64,000 bases of DNA from an uncultured virus (IMG/VR IMGVR_UViG_3300046832_003565). Its lineage: Duplodnaviria; Heunggongvirae; Uroviricota; Caudoviricetes. The translations under genes were made by a program, and so were the position numbers. A model generated the notes under the pieces. That model saw only the letters and a list, made by a program, of their open reading frames with translations, was not told the DNA's origin and did not search any database. The stretch is from IMG/VR virus record IMGVR_UViG_3300046832_003565, one strand, 5' to 3'. This document shows, piece by piece, positions 40,665 to 50,420 of this stretch; within the stretch, counting starts at the first letter, position 1, and the number at the start of each line of letters is the position of its first letter.

Positions 40665-40984
40665 TAACTTGCCTTCTTGCGTGTTCTCTTAGCCTTTGGT
40701 TTGTTCTCAACATATAACCATGTATGAACATACGCACCATTTTTGTCTTCGGAAACCAAGGCATCTTCGTCAATAAAAAATTCTTCATTATCTACAAGAT
40801 TCTCATCCATCTTGCGAATCTTTTCAAATGCTAAAACCTTGTATGCATTTTCAGCTGAGGTCTTCTTATCGTAGTATGTAATTTTCTCTACCAGATTTTT
40901 AGCTTCAACAGACTTACTGGTTTTCAACAGTGACGAGACAAACTTCAACTCATTCTCAGTGAGATAAACATAACCGCTTTTCAT
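40664..40984 (-). CDS. Hypothetical protein
   Basis: 'IDEDALVSE..NGAYV.TWLYV' conserved-looking phage motif. Confidence 0.65.
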   Translation of the reverse strand: MKSGYVYLTENELKFVSSLLKTSKSVEAKNLVEKITYYDKKTSAENAYKVLAFEKIRKMDENLVDNEEFFIDEDALVSEDKNGAYVHTWLYVENKPKAKRTRKKAS

Positions 40985-40990
40985 TTGTAC

Positions 40991-41542
40991 CTACTTTATT
41001 TTAGACCATGGAAGAGAATGTAGTTTTTCAAGGGATGTGCCCCTGTAAAGGACACTCTTGTTTCTTCTATCAGAAATCTTCCAACCGACAATACCATCAT
41101 TTGCAACGATTTGCCTTTCAATATCTTTCAATGTTAAAAGTTGATCCAAAGATGGTCGTGTGAAACACTGAACAAACATAGCACGTCCTGGATTGATAAG
41201 CAACCTAATCACTCCAGAAAAATTCAATAATTCTGATGTGGCAGAAAATTTACCTCTATGATCAGAACCTTCACTTAATAATTTTCTTGCTACATCTTCA
41301 TGATCCACAACTTGACCAGATACTTTTCCGTCACGCAAAATCCAATGTCCATAAATTTTTACATCAGGTACATTTTCAATTGTCATTAAATAGTTAAGGA
41401 AATTATCATTGTCAATATCTATCATTTCTTTGTCAAAAAGCTGTGGATTTTTCAAAACACTTCTTTCTGTCCAATTGCCTTCATAGTAAGAATGAATTTT
41501 TACTAACTTTTTATTTAAAATATCACAAACATCATAATCCAT
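40991..41542 (-). CDS. Hypothetical protein
   Basis: 'GHWILRDG...DHEDVA' motif; TATAAT 6 nt upstream. Confidence 0.65.
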   Translation of the reverse strand: MDYDVCDILNKKLVKIHSYYEGNWTERSVLKNPQLFDKEMIDIDNDNFLNYLMTIENVPDVKIYGHWILRDGKVSGQVVDHEDVARKLLSEGSDHRGKFSATSELLNFSGVIRLLINPGRAMFVQCFTRPSLDQLLTLKDIERQIVANDGIVGWKISDRRNKSVLYRGTSLEKLHSLPWSKIK

Positions 41543-41635
41543 ATATTTATTATACCTTTTTAAATAAAAGGATAGGTTTTAAATGGAAAATAAAATAATA
41601 TAATTTATGTCAGAAGAATAAAGGGGGAAGTTCGG

Positions 41636-41857
41636 ATGATAATAAGCTACATTGCAGCCATCTTTTCGCTGATAGGTATCTGGCTAAACATAAATAAAAA
41701 AGCCACCTGTTGGTACTTTTTCATTGTTAGTGATTCTTTATGGTTTATTTATTCATTGTTTACAAAACAATGGGCAATAACAATTGTTCACACATGTTTT
41801 ATGTTTGTAAACTTTTATGGTTTTTATACTTGGTCAAAAAAAATACCCAAGTCATAA
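41636..41857 (+). CDS. Short PnuC-like membrane protein (3 TM)
   Basis: 'SLIGIWLN..K...W.F.IVS..LW...F.FVNFYGFY.W'. Confidence 0.6.
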   Translation: MIISYIAAIFSLIGIWLNINKKATCWYFFIVSDSLWFIYSLFTKQWAITIVHTCFMFVNFYGFYTWSKKIPKS

Positions 41858-42094
41858 TTCATCAATAAGTTTTCGCATGCTCATAATATAAACAGAAGAA
41901 TATGCAATATTTTCAATCAATCGTTTGATGATTTTTTTCTTCTCTTGAGAATTTTCATCGTTATTGATTAGATTTTCGCTAACAACATCATTGCCAAGCT
42001 CTTGTGTTAAAGCTACTAATTGAATATAAATTTCAAGTAATTCGTTATACTTTGAGTTATATTCATTTTTTTTGGATTTGAAAATTTCATCCAT
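41852..42094 (-). CDS. Hypothetical protein
   Basis: Start moved to MDEIFK; TATAAA 6 nt upstream. Confidence 0.55.
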   Translation of the reverse strand: MDEIFKSKKNEYNSKYNELLEIYIQLVALTQELGNDVVSENLINNDENSQEKKKIIKRLIENIAYSSVYIMSMRKLIDEL

Positions 42095-42168
42095 ACTACA
42101 TTTATACGCAGGAACATAAACTTTATACTTGTAAAAAATAAACATAAGTACTGAAAAAGGATTAAAAA

Positions 42169-42534
42169 ATGTCTGATTTTAAAGAAATATTGTTTGAGAT
42201 GAATAGAATTATCACTTCATTGTCTGAAGTTGGATATGATAAAGAAGCTAGTATTCTTCATGATGAATTTGTAAAACTTTCACAAAAAGCGCCAATGATG
42301 AAATCAAAGCCAGCACCTAAAATGAAGCCTGGTGATATTCCTACAGATCCAGATAGCGAAGATCCATCTATCAATAAGCCAATGCCTAAGAAGCCTACAC
42401 CTAAACCTGTTATGAAGCCAAAACCAGCTCCAAAAAAACCTATGATGCCTGACCCAAATAAAATGACTCAGAAAGAATTGGACAATTTTGAGACTGATTA
42501 CAAGAGTATGAAAAAACCTAGAACTAAAAAGTAA
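42169..42534 (+). CDS. Pro/Lys/Met-rich protein with helical tag
   Basis: 'ITSLSEVGYDKEASILHDEFVKLSQ' then low-complexity KP repeats; AAGGA SD. Confidence 0.7.
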   Translation: MSDFKEILFEMNRIITSLSEVGYDKEASILHDEFVKLSQKAPMMKSKPAPKMKPGDIPTDPDSEDPSINKPMPKKPTPKPVMKPKPAPKKPMMPDPNKMTQKELDNFETDYKSMKKPRTKK

Positions 42535-42539
42535 TAATA

Positions 42540-42564
42540 AAAACCCTTTGAAAGAAGGGTTTTT
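42540..42564 (+). terminator. Intrinsic terminator
   Basis: AAAACCCTTT-GAAA-GAAGGGTTTT plus T-run. Confidence 0.8.
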
Positions 42565-42663
42565 TTATTTAATGTGGTACAATAGATATGAGTGTAAATC
42601 GCTCAGGTGATCTTTTAGACACCTATTATCAAGCGTACCTAATGGGCGCAAATGGAGAAATAT

Positions 42664-43161
42664 ATGGCTAGTATTGATGATGTATTAAATTTTCCTCAGC
42701 GTAGAATTTTAATGCCACAACGTAATATGATCATGGATCAACATGAACAGATTATCAATAAGTTTTTTGACGATTTTTTAGGTAATCGTAAAAACTTTAT
42801 TCATTCCAACACTTCTTATCCAAAAATGGATATCTTTGAAGACGATTTTTATTTCTGTTTGGACTTTGCTGTACCAGGTGTTGAAGAAAAAGATCTTGAC
42901 ATTGAAGTTGTCAAGGAAACAAAACTTCTTACAATTACTGGAAGTTCAAGAATTTTAAGAGAGAAAAGTTATTTCTATCATCTTAAGGAACTGAAACAAT
43001 CTGCTTTTACAAGAACAATTCAATTACCAGATGATCTTGAGGTTGATCCTGAAGTTTGTCATTTAGAGAATGGTATCTTGAAATTAGCTTTCAAAAAGAT
43101 TATTGTTAAAGCTGAAGAACCAAAAGAAACTGTTAAGAAGATTTCAATCAAGAAATCTTAA
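42664..43161 (+). CDS. Small heat-shock protein (Hsp20/alpha-crystallin)
   Basis: 'YPKMDI.E', 'AVPGV...DL.IEV', 'FTRTIQLP', 'LENGILKL'; GGAG SD. Confidence 0.92.
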   Translation: MASIDDVLNFPQRRILMPQRNMIMDQHEQIINKFFDDFLGNRKNFIHSNTSYPKMDIFEDDFYFCLDFAVPGVEEKDLDIEVVKETKLLTITGSSRILREKSYFYHLKELKQSAFTRTIQLPDDLEVDPEVCHLENGILKLAFKKIIVKAEEPKETVKKISIKKS

Positions 43162-43173
43162 TTATTTTTTCAC

Positions 43174-43201
43174 AAAAGGGAAGCAGAAATGCTTCCCTTT
43201 T
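43174..43201 (+). terminator. Intrinsic terminator
   Basis: AAAAGGGAAGCA-GAAA-TGCTTCCCTTTT. Confidence 0.8.
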
Positions 43202-43229
43202 TCATTTAATGCGGTATCATGCATTTGTT

Positions 43230-43829
43230 ATGATTATTCCAACAGTGCTCGAAAAGTCCGCAACTGGCGAACGTGCCTACGATATTTGGTCAAGATTACT
43301 TAAAGACCGTATCGTTTTCTTAGGTCAGGAAGTGGACGACTATGTCATCAACCTTCTCATTGCTCAAATGCTATTCCTCGATAAAGAGGATGGGCATTTG
43401 CCTATTGAATTCTATATTAATAGCCCTGGCGGAAGTGTTTCTGCTGGTCTCGCTTTGTATGATGTTATGCATACTATTAGTGCTCCAGTAAATACCACTT
43501 GTGTAGGTTTAGCTGCATCCATGGGTGCTGTATTATTAGCTGGTGGCACTGGAACCCGTGCATCATTGCCACATTCCAGAATCATGATTCATCAAGTATC
43601 TTCTGGTGCTCGTGGTACATCTGCTGATTTGAGAATTCAAATGGCTGAAACCAATAAATTGGAAAATGTTCTTTTCCAAATATTGGCTGATAAAACTGGC
43701 AAGACTTCAAAACAAATCGCTAAAGATTGTGATCGAGATTATTATATGTCTGCTGAAGAAGCAAAAGCATATGGAATTATTGATGCAGTAATTGAAAGTA
43801 AGAAAAATGGCAGAAATACTCAAGACTAA
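43230..43829 (+). CDS. clpP: ATP-dependent Clp protease proteolytic subunit
   Basis: 'GERAYDIWSRLLKDRIVFL', 'YINSPGGSV', 'AASMG', 'MIHQ', 'DRDYYMSAEEAKAYG.ID'. Confidence 0.96.
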   Translation: MIIPTVLEKSATGERAYDIWSRLLKDRIVFLGQEVDDYVINLLIAQMLFLDKEDGHLPIEFYINSPGGSVSAGLALYDVMHTISAPVNTTCVGLAASMGAVLLAGGTGTRASLPHSRIMIHQVSSGARGTSADLRIQMAETNKLENVLFQILADKTGKTSKQIAKDCDRDYYMSAEEAKAYGIIDAVIESKKNGRNTQD

Positions 43830-44808
43830 ATCTATTTATTACAATGATGTCAATCTTGTAGCTCAGCCTTGTAAAGTCAAGTCTCGAAAAGATATTCCTG
43901 TTGAATTAAACAGGATTATTGTTTCGCCTATGGAAGCTATTGTTGGTAAAACATTTGCTCTTAAAGCTAATGAACTTGGTCTTACAGTTTGCCTTCATCG
44001 TTTCTGTTCTATTGAAGAACAAGTAGAGCTTTATAATTCATTACCTAATAGCAGAAATGTTTTTGTTTCCATTGGTTTGAACGATTGGGACAGAGTTGAT
44101 GCATTATCTGAAGCAGGAGCGACATCTTGGTTGATTGATATGGCAAATGGCTATATGGCTACCGAAATTAGAGATTGTGTAGAAAAACTTTCTGAGAGAG
44201 CAAGAATACATGATTTGATGATGGGCAATGTACACTCCGAACGTGGTTTCCAGATGTTATCGGCAATTAGAACAAATAAAACATTTATGAGATATGTGCG
44301 TGTAGGAATTGCTGGTGGTAGTCCTTGCGCTACAAATGATTCTACTGGGTATAATCGTGGTCCAATTACTGAAATCATGGAAATTGAAGGATCTAACCCT
44401 TGGGATCCATATTTAGATAATAGGCATAAACCATATATTATTGCAGATGGTGGAATTAAGAATTCAGGATATGCTGCTAAGGCATTTGGTGCTGGTGCTG
44501 ATTATGTCATGATGGGTGGATATTTTGCTAAAGCATTAGAAGCAGAAACTCATCAAATTGGGGATGGTACATATTGGGGTGGAGCATCTCATAAGCAACA
44601 AATTCTTTCCACTGGTAAAGTATATAGGCATTCAGAAGGTAAAGAAGTGCCAATTTCTGATGAATTGCGACCACTTGAAGTGCTTGTTGATGAACTTTGG
44701 GGTGGCATTTCTTCTGCTGTGTCGTATAGTGGAAACAAAACACTAAAAGATTTTATTGGCAATGGTGTTTTTGAATTAAAACAAAACTCATTGCCACCTA
44801 AGAGATAA
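43807..44808 (+). CDS. guaC: GMP reductase / IMPDH-family protein
   Basis: 'YNDV.LV', 'DMANGY', 'RVGIAGGSPCAT', 'IIADGGI', 'AGAD.VMMG', 'SEGK', 'SAVSYSG'. Confidence 0.82.
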   Translation: MAEILKTKSIYYNDVNLVAQPCKVKSRKDIPVELNRIIVSPMEAIVGKTFALKANELGLTVCLHRFCSIEEQVELYNSLPNSRNVFVSIGLNDWDRVDALSEAGATSWLIDMANGYMATEIRDCVEKLSERARIHDLMMGNVHSERGFQMLSAIRTNKTFMRYVRVGIAGGSPCATNDSTGYNRGPITEIMEIEGSNPWDPYLDNRHKPYIIADGGIKNSGYAAKAFGAGADYVMMGGYFAKALEAETHQIGDGTYWGGASHKQQILSTGKVYRHSEGKEVPISDELRPLEVLVDELWGGISSAVSYSGNKTLKDFIGNGVFELKQNSLPPKR

Positions 44809-44810
44809 CA

Positions 44811-45341
44811 ATGTCTAGAAATAAATTTTACGATAAAACTATCATTCAATTGAAGGGAATGTTTAAAGATGAAACAGCTTTGAGCATTCTTGACAATATG
44901 CAGAGTGTTTATGAAGCTAAAGATAATGATTATTCTGCTACTGGTCTTCCTATGGGTAACCTACGTAAGTGCGAGGAAGCTGATATTGATGCTTGGCGAG
45001 GATGTTTAGTGAGAATTGGCGATAAAATGTCTCGCCTTGAAAACTTCCTCAAAGAAAAAGAATATCTTGTAATATCAGAAAAAGCAGAAGACACAGTAAT
45101 TGATTTAGCTAATTATTCAATTCTTATGTCTTGTCTAATTGAAGAGATTAAAAAACCTAATTCAGATTATTATTGGAATTTATCTGAAAGAACACAAGAA
45201 AATCTTTTAAGTTTATCTTACTATTGTGTTTTTCAAGCAATGTTGTGGAAGAACAATGATGTTGAAAATGGATTAGTATTTTTAGAAAAGGCATTAAGTT
45301 ACTGGAAGCCTTTGTGCGAATATTCTTTGGAGATGAGCTAG
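44811..45341 (+). CDS. DUF1599 / nucleotide-modification-associated domain protein
   Basis: 'KDNDYS', 'VRIGDKMSRLENFL', 'EDTVIDLANYSIL'. Confidence 0.7.
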   Translation: MSRNKFYDKTIIQLKGMFKDETALSILDNMQSVYEAKDNDYSATGLPMGNLRKCEEADIDAWRGCLVRIGDKMSRLENFLKEKEYLVISEKAEDTVIDLANYSILMSCLIEEIKKPNSDYYWNLSERTQENLLSLSYYCVFQAMLWKNNDVENGLVFLEKALSYWKPLCEYSLEMS

Positions 45342-45896
45342 TTGAACAATAAAGATTTTGATAAGTTTTATAGAACACATAACAGACCAATTTATTCTTA
45401 TATTTATAAATTGACAAAGTATAATCATAATTTATCAAATGATCTTCTTCAAGAGACATTCTTGAAAGCATATAATTATTTGAAAACTGGTAAGTTATAT
45501 CATAATAATGAAAAAACTTGGCTTTGTTCTATTGCAAAAAATTCATTTTTAGATTATATCCGCAGAGAAAAGCATCATTCGAAATCTATTTCATTTGAGC
45601 AACCAATAGATGAAAATTTCACTTTATTGGATTGTCTCAAAGATGATACTAATTATAATAATGTTGACAGCAATATTTATATAGAATCAGAATTTCCCAA
45701 GTCAATGGAAAATCTAAAGATGTATTCTCCTGTATTATATTTAACTTTTTCTACATACATGCAACTTGGCAATTACAAGGATACGGCTGAAGACAATAAT
45801 ATTTTATTAGACACAGTTAAAACTAGGATTTTAAGAGCACGTAAGTTTTTGAAGAAAGATTTACCAGAAGACTTTGTTGCTCTTATTCAAAATTGA
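45342..45896 (+). CDS. ECF-type RNA polymerase sigma factor
   Basis: 'DLLQETFLKAY', 'KTWL.SIAKN.FLDY.RR', 'TVKTRI.RARK.LK'. Confidence 0.88.
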   Translation: MNNKDFDKFYRTHNRPIYSYIYKLTKYNHNLSNDLLQETFLKAYNYLKTGKLYHNNEKTWLCSIAKNSFLDYIRREKHHSKSISFEQPIDENFTLLDCLKDDTNYNNVDSNIYIESEFPKSMENLKMYSPVLYLTFSTYMQLGNYKDTAEDNNILLDTVKTRILRARKFLKKDLPEDFVALIQN

Positions 45897-45938
45897 GGTA
45901 TATTAAGTTACCTCAATTACAAAAAAGGAAAAAATAAA

Positions 45939-46397
45939 ATGAATAAGCTTATTTTAAGTGTTCTTTCAATGCTTTGTTTTGTTAGTGGAGCTATGGCTCA
46001 GGTTACTTCTGTAACCCCGCCTAAGACCACTGATCTTAAGGCACAGTCCTATGATTACCGTGCTACTGCAACAGGTTATGCTGCACAGTGGGTAGGAGAT
46101 GGACGGAATGTTCGAGCTGCCTTCAATATTGGTGGCGGTATGCCAGTTGGTCAGTTCTATGGAAATCTTCCAAAGACTCTTGCTGATTTCCGAATTGTTC
46201 CATTTGTTACTGCAGATGCTAGCAAGACTGGTACTGCTCCACGAGCAACTGTAGCTCTTCTTGCTCCAGAAGTTTATGTAAATAAGTTTCTTGGTGTTCA
46301 ATTTGGCGGTGTATTAAATGGTCTTGATACACGAAATAATTGGAATGCAATCAGTGGTGTTCAACCTTATGTCAAGGTGCAAGTTTATCTAAAGTAA
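45939..46397 (+). CDS. Secreted/outer-membrane protein
   Basis: Signal peptide ending AMA; C-terminal amphipathic strand PYVKVQVYLK; AAGGA SD. Confidence 0.6.
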   Translation: MNKLILSVLSMLCFVSGAMAQVTSVTPPKTTDLKAQSYDYRATATGYAAQWVGDGRNVRAAFNIGGGMPVGQFYGNLPKTLADFRIVPFVTADASKTGTAPRATVALLAPEVYVNKFLGVQFGGVLNGLDTRNNWNAISGVQPYVKVQVYLK

Positions 46398-46409
46398 TAT
46401 AATTTACAT

Positions 46410-46760
46410 ATGAGACTTTTGGATAAAGAATTAAAATCTTATAAGTCTTCTTATGTTAGAAAACCAGAATGGGCACTGTGCAAATACTGCAAAGTGCCTT
46501 TTCTTACATCTACCTTTGATTTAGAGTGTCAAAGATGTAAAGTTTTTGTAAAATATAATATAGAATACTCAGCAAAAGTAATGCTTGTATTTATATTTTT
46601 TGCGTTTATAAATGGATTGACATTAGTATCTACCAATTTATTTATTTATAAGTTCACAAAAAATATTTACCATGTTTCTTTAGTTATGACCCTTGAAACA
46701 CTAATTATTAGTAGTATTTTATGGAAAATAATCAAAAAACTAAAAATAATCGAAGGATGA
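46410..46760 (+). CDS. Zn-ribbon plus two-TM protein
   Basis: CKYC...CQRC then two hydrophobic segments; TATAAT 6 nt upstream. Confidence 0.6.
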   Translation: MRLLDKELKSYKSSYVRKPEWALCKYCKVPFLTSTFDLECQRCKVFVKYNIEYSAKVMLVFIFFAFINGLTLVSTNLFIYKFTKNIYHVSLVMTLETLIISSILWKIIKKLKIIEG

Positions 46761-46821
46761 TATATTTATTCCTAAGAAAAAAATTAATGATTGAAAATAA
46801 AAAACAATCAGGAGTGTTATA

Positions 46822-47400
46822 ATGCCAAGACCTAGAAAAACCGTTGCTGCAGAAAATACCGCAGTATTAGAAGTTTCAGAAGAGCCAATCAAGCCTTTTA
46901 ATCAAACAATACAGGCTCCAATGATAGATGCATCATTAGCTGAATTAACCCTAAGTGGTGATTTCGATATTATTCCTAAAAAAAGTCCATTAATGGAAGA
47001 CCTTGAAGATGTTGAAGATTTAGTTGAAGAAGAATATTCACCTAGATTACAGTACGACGTGTACTCAAATGAAGTATTAGTCGAAACAGTAGATGATGAA
47101 TCTGAGCGATTGTTGTTTTATTTGGGTGAAAACAAAGCTCAACTTCAAAGTTGGGTTGATGAATTATCATTAGCTACTAACAATGAAGAAGATTTAGCAT
47201 TATTCAACACACCAGATAATGGCTTTGTTTATAAAAGTTTGAGACAATATTTTTCACAAAATGGATTAGCTCCAGTAGCACCGAAGGTTACTGACTGGAT
47301 GCAATATTACCTAAGAAAGCACAATCCTATCACTAAAGAAGAAATTGCAATTTTAGTAAAAGGAAACTTAAAATATTCATTCGTGCCTAAAAATATGTAA
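46822..47400 (+). CDS. Hypothetical protein
   Basis: CAGGAG SD; 192 aa. Confidence 0.7.
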   Translation: MPRPRKTVAAENTAVLEVSEEPIKPFNQTIQAPMIDASLAELTLSGDFDIIPKKSPLMEDLEDVEDLVEEEYSPRLQYDVYSNEVLVETVDDESERLLFYLGENKAQLQSWVDELSLATNNEEDLALFNTPDNGFVYKSLRQYFSQNGLAPVAPKVTDWMQYYLRKHNPITKEEIAILVKGNLKYSFVPKNM

Positions 47401-48035
47401 TGAATTATCGTCTGACAATAAATATTGCACATTGTAAAATAATATCTAAAGCACTTCATTTATTGAAAATGATTTATAAAGGTGATCTTACATTTGTATT
47501 AACATTATTAGATGAAAACCAAAAGACGTTAGAACCAGAATATCCTGATTTTTTAGAAAAAACCTCTTTAGCCAAAGATAGATTGAAATCTATCGAATCA
47601 AAATATATACAAAAATATAATAGTATGTTATTGATAGGCGAAAGAGGTTTCAGTCTATCTGCTGTCAAAAAAAAATTCATTGATGCTGGTCTAACAATAA
47701 AATTAAAAAAATATGAAAAATATGAAATAATTGTTTCACAAAATGATCTTGATATAATTATTAATGCTTGTGAATTGTATTGTGATTTACAATGTGGTAA
47801 ATTTACTGAAATATTTTACAAATTCAACGAAGTAAAAAAATATCCTGAAGATTTACTTAATGATTTTGAAGATCTTGAACTTTCCTGGTACAATATCAAA
47901 GTATCTGATGTAAATATAAATAGAAAATCAAAATGGTGTTTCGACATTGGGCAAACACTGAGATACAAAGATAAACATCAAAAATTAATTGGAACTTTAC
48001 CAAGGATAAAGATTATCAAAAATGAGTCAATATAA
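47400..48035 (+). CDS. Hypothetical protein
   Basis: Coupled ORF (TAATG). Confidence 0.65.
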   Translation: MNYRLTINIAHCKIISKALHLLKMIYKGDLTFVLTLLDENQKTLEPEYPDFLEKTSLAKDRLKSIESKYIQKYNSMLLIGERGFSLSAVKKKFIDAGLTIKLKKYEKYEIIVSQNDLDIIINACELYCDLQCGKFTEIFYKFNEVKKYPEDLLNDFEDLELSWYNIKVSDVNINRKSKWCFDIGQTLRYKDKHQKLIGTLPRIKIIKNESI

Positions 48036-48609
48036 ACATTATTTTTGGCGATACGTACCAAGTACAGAAAAACACAAGTCTGAATTCAAATTTGTAGAAA
48101 CATTTGAGACAGATTCTGATGCTGTGCCTGAATTCCACGATCATTATTGCATTGATCATATTGTAAATTTAGAAACAGGACAAATGCGAGTAAAAAATCA
48201 TTCTGCTCCTGAATACTGTGTTAGCAAATACATAGGCTGGTCTTTAGAATTACCACCAGTGGAAAAAGCTAATAAACAAGATATTTACATTGTTGTTCAT
48301 AAAAGCTCATTCTCCCATAAAAGGATTGAATTTGATGAGTTTTTAGAGCCAGAAATGAACCGATATAACCAAGAAGAATGGAATTATCTTTTGTCTGTTA
48401 TAGAAAGTAGATTTAACAAGCAAAAAGAATGGGCAAGAGTAGGCATCAGAACTCCAAGTCAATATGATGATGGCACACAAGTATTTAAAACAGAAAATGA
48501 ATTTCGTGCCTTTTCATTAGGAAGACGTGCTTATTTTCTTTACCATCTTGTCCGCAATTATAACTTTAAACACCTTATTCGTAGATTAAATATAGGATAT
48601 ACCCAATAA
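48022..48609 (+). CDS. Hypothetical protein
   Basis: Overlapping operon ORF. Confidence 0.65.
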   Translation: MSQYKHYFWRYVPSTEKHKSEFKFVETFETDSDAVPEFHDHYCIDHIVNLETGQMRVKNHSAPEYCVSKYIGWSLELPPVEKANKQDIYIVVHKSSFSHKRIEFDEFLEPEMNRYNQEEWNYLLSVIESRFNKQKEWARVGIRTPSQYDDGTQVFKTENEFRAFSLGRRAYFLYHLVRNYNFKHLIRRLNIGYTQ

Positions 48610-48857
48610 TGTTAGTATGTGATGTTTCTGCTATCGACCGTTTGATTGACATGTATGGTGAAAATTTATCTGTAAATTATAAAAATAAAAATTTTGATCT
48701 TTATGATTTACGAGACGAGTTTGTTGATAATAATGTAGAATGTTCCTTAAATAATTACAAAGCATCTCCTCAAGGTATTATTGATGCAGAAGGTCATGTA
48801 TTTGTTTCAATTGATTCGAATCAATTAAATGACAGGGATGATATCGTTGGGCTATGA
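48609..48857 (+). CDS. Hypothetical protein
   Basis: Coupled ORF. Confidence 0.6.
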   Translation: MLVCDVSAIDRLIDMYGENLSVNYKNKNFDLYDLRDEFVDNNVECSLNNYKASPQGIIDAEGHVFVSIDSNQLNDRDDIVGL

Positions 48858-49309
48858 AAGATTCCTTGTCATTATTTCTAGAAAAAATATTTTTATATGA
48901 AAACCATGATCCAAGACTTTTAATTAAAAATAAAGTCCATTTGGATCCAAAAATTAAAAGCACCATTTTGGCTATAAATCAATCAGGGTGGTGTTGGACT
49001 CTTTTTTGTTGTCAAGGACACATAAGAGGAAAACAAAAAGGCTGTATTCCATATGTTGTTTTTATTGTCAAAAATGAATATAAATCTTTGTTATTAGAAA
49101 AAATTTTTAATAACATCCCATTTGATGTTAACATAGATTTCCCTTTGATGAATAATTTTAGAGTTGAAATCTCTCCAGGGTTTAAAGACGAAAAATATTC
49201 GATTATTTCTGCCCATTGGTATTGCAATATGGCATTAAGTGAACTACAATTAGTACAAGATTCAATGGTCAATCTTGGTAGCTCGATTGTAGAGGAAAAA
49301 TATGGATAA
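48854..49309 (+). CDS. Hypothetical protein ('LDPKI...IN...TLFCCQGH' motif)
   Basis: ATGA overlap; conserved-looking Cys/His motif. Confidence 0.6.
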   Translation: MKDSLSLFLEKIFLYENHDPRLLIKNKVHLDPKIKSTILAINQSGWCWTLFCCQGHIRGKQKGCIPYVVFIVKNEYKSLLLEKIFNNIPFDVNIDFPLMNNFRVEISPGFKDEKYSIISAHWYCNMALSELQLVQDSMVNLGSSIVEEKYG

Positions 49310-49577
49310 GATTTACGGAAGTGATTTAGATTTGGCTCTGTCTGATAATCTCAACAAAGCATACTTGAAGTTTGTAGAGTCTTTCACTCCAGTCTTGGAT
49401 GAAGCTGAAAAATACGAGCAAAACATCACTGCAATGAAGTTATTTGCCGACGGTGATGAAATGTCCAATAAAGAACATATTGTCAAAGAAATGGTTGTTA
49501 CATTAACATCTTTTATTCCATTGATGATCAAGTTTACAAATCTGCAAGATCATATGAAAGAGATCGAAAATGGTTGA
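49302..49577 (+). CDS. Hypothetical protein
   Basis: GAGGA SD. Confidence 0.6.
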   Translation: MDKIYGSDLDLALSDNLNKAYLKFVESFTPVLDEAEKYEQNITAMKLFADGDEMSNKEHIVKEMVVTLTSFIPLMIKFTNLQDHMKEIENG

Positions 49578-49621
49578 AATTTAGATTGACATTTTCTGTG
49601 AAAATATATAAGGATAATAAA

Positions 49622-49645
49622 AAAGGCTCCATTTCTGGAGCCTTT
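49622..49645. terminator. Bidirectional terminator
   Basis: AAAGGCTCC-atttct-GGAGCCTTT. Confidence 0.8.
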
Positions 49646-49650
49646 CTTTT

Positions 49651-50409
49651 TTACTTTCTTCCTCGAATAATACCTGACTTTTCATGTCCTACTAGAACAT
49701 CAGGATCAACCCAGATCTTCACACCAGCATCACGCCACTTCCAACACAGACTTACATCTTCGGATGAAAAGTCTTTGGAAATTTCAATTTCATGCATGAT
49801 TGGCTCGAACCAAGGGTATGTAACCTTTTCAATTGTTCCAGATCTACACATCATAAATCCCATTCCAGCATAAAACACTTCAGCTAATCTCTTAGGGGAC
49901 TTTTGAGCAACTTGCTTCAATTCTTCTGGTGTCATGAATGGGAACATGCCTGTTCTTTGGAAGAAATCCAAATCCCAATCCTTGACAATGGTGGAGTGAG
50001 TGCCAGAAGTTGTAAGATAAATACCGCATAAGACATCTAATGACTTATCACGTTCCATGGTTCTAAACAACTTAATAACATCTTGTGGTTCAAAAACAAT
50101 ATCAGAGTCTAACCACATAATATAATCATACTGAACACGTCCCTGAAAAGGAATCTGATGCTTACCAGCTCTGTTGTCAGCACCAAGTAAGTTAGCACGA
50201 CAGTGAAAAATTACTGGAGAATAATGACGTGAAACAACAATATCAAATGGAAGATTTCTACTCAATTCCATGAGCATTTTTGTCCAAGAATCAAAGAATC
50301 CAGGAGTAAATTCTTTTCCAGGAATACAGAAAACAACTACAGGTTTTCTTTGGGGAGCTAGACTTACCTGCTGAGAGGTAGGTACTGATGGCATTGTACT
50401 AAATTTCAT
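49651..50409 (-). CDS. GT-A fold glycosyltransferase
   Basis: 'VVFCIPG', 'YDYIMWLDSDIVF', 'GMGF', 'YPWF', 'SEDVSLC', 'VGHEK'. Confidence 0.8.
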   Translation of the reverse strand: MKFSTMPSVPTSQQVSLAPQRKPVVVFCIPGKEFTPGFFDSWTKMLMELSRNLPFDIVVSRHYSPVIFHCRANLLGADNRAGKHQIPFQGRVQYDYIMWLDSDIVFEPQDVIKLFRTMERDKSLDVLCGIYLTTSGTHSTIVKDWDLDFFQRTGMFPFMTPEELKQVAQKSPKRLAEVFYAGMGFMMCRSGTIEKVTYPWFEPIMHEIEISKDFSSEDVSLCWKWRDAGVKIWVDPDVLVGHEKSGIIRGRK

Positions 50410-50420
50410 ATTTTTATTTC

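Noticed and set aside
49574..49873. 99-aa plus-strand ORF
   Set aside because: Runs through a terminator and lies antisense to a glycosyltransferase
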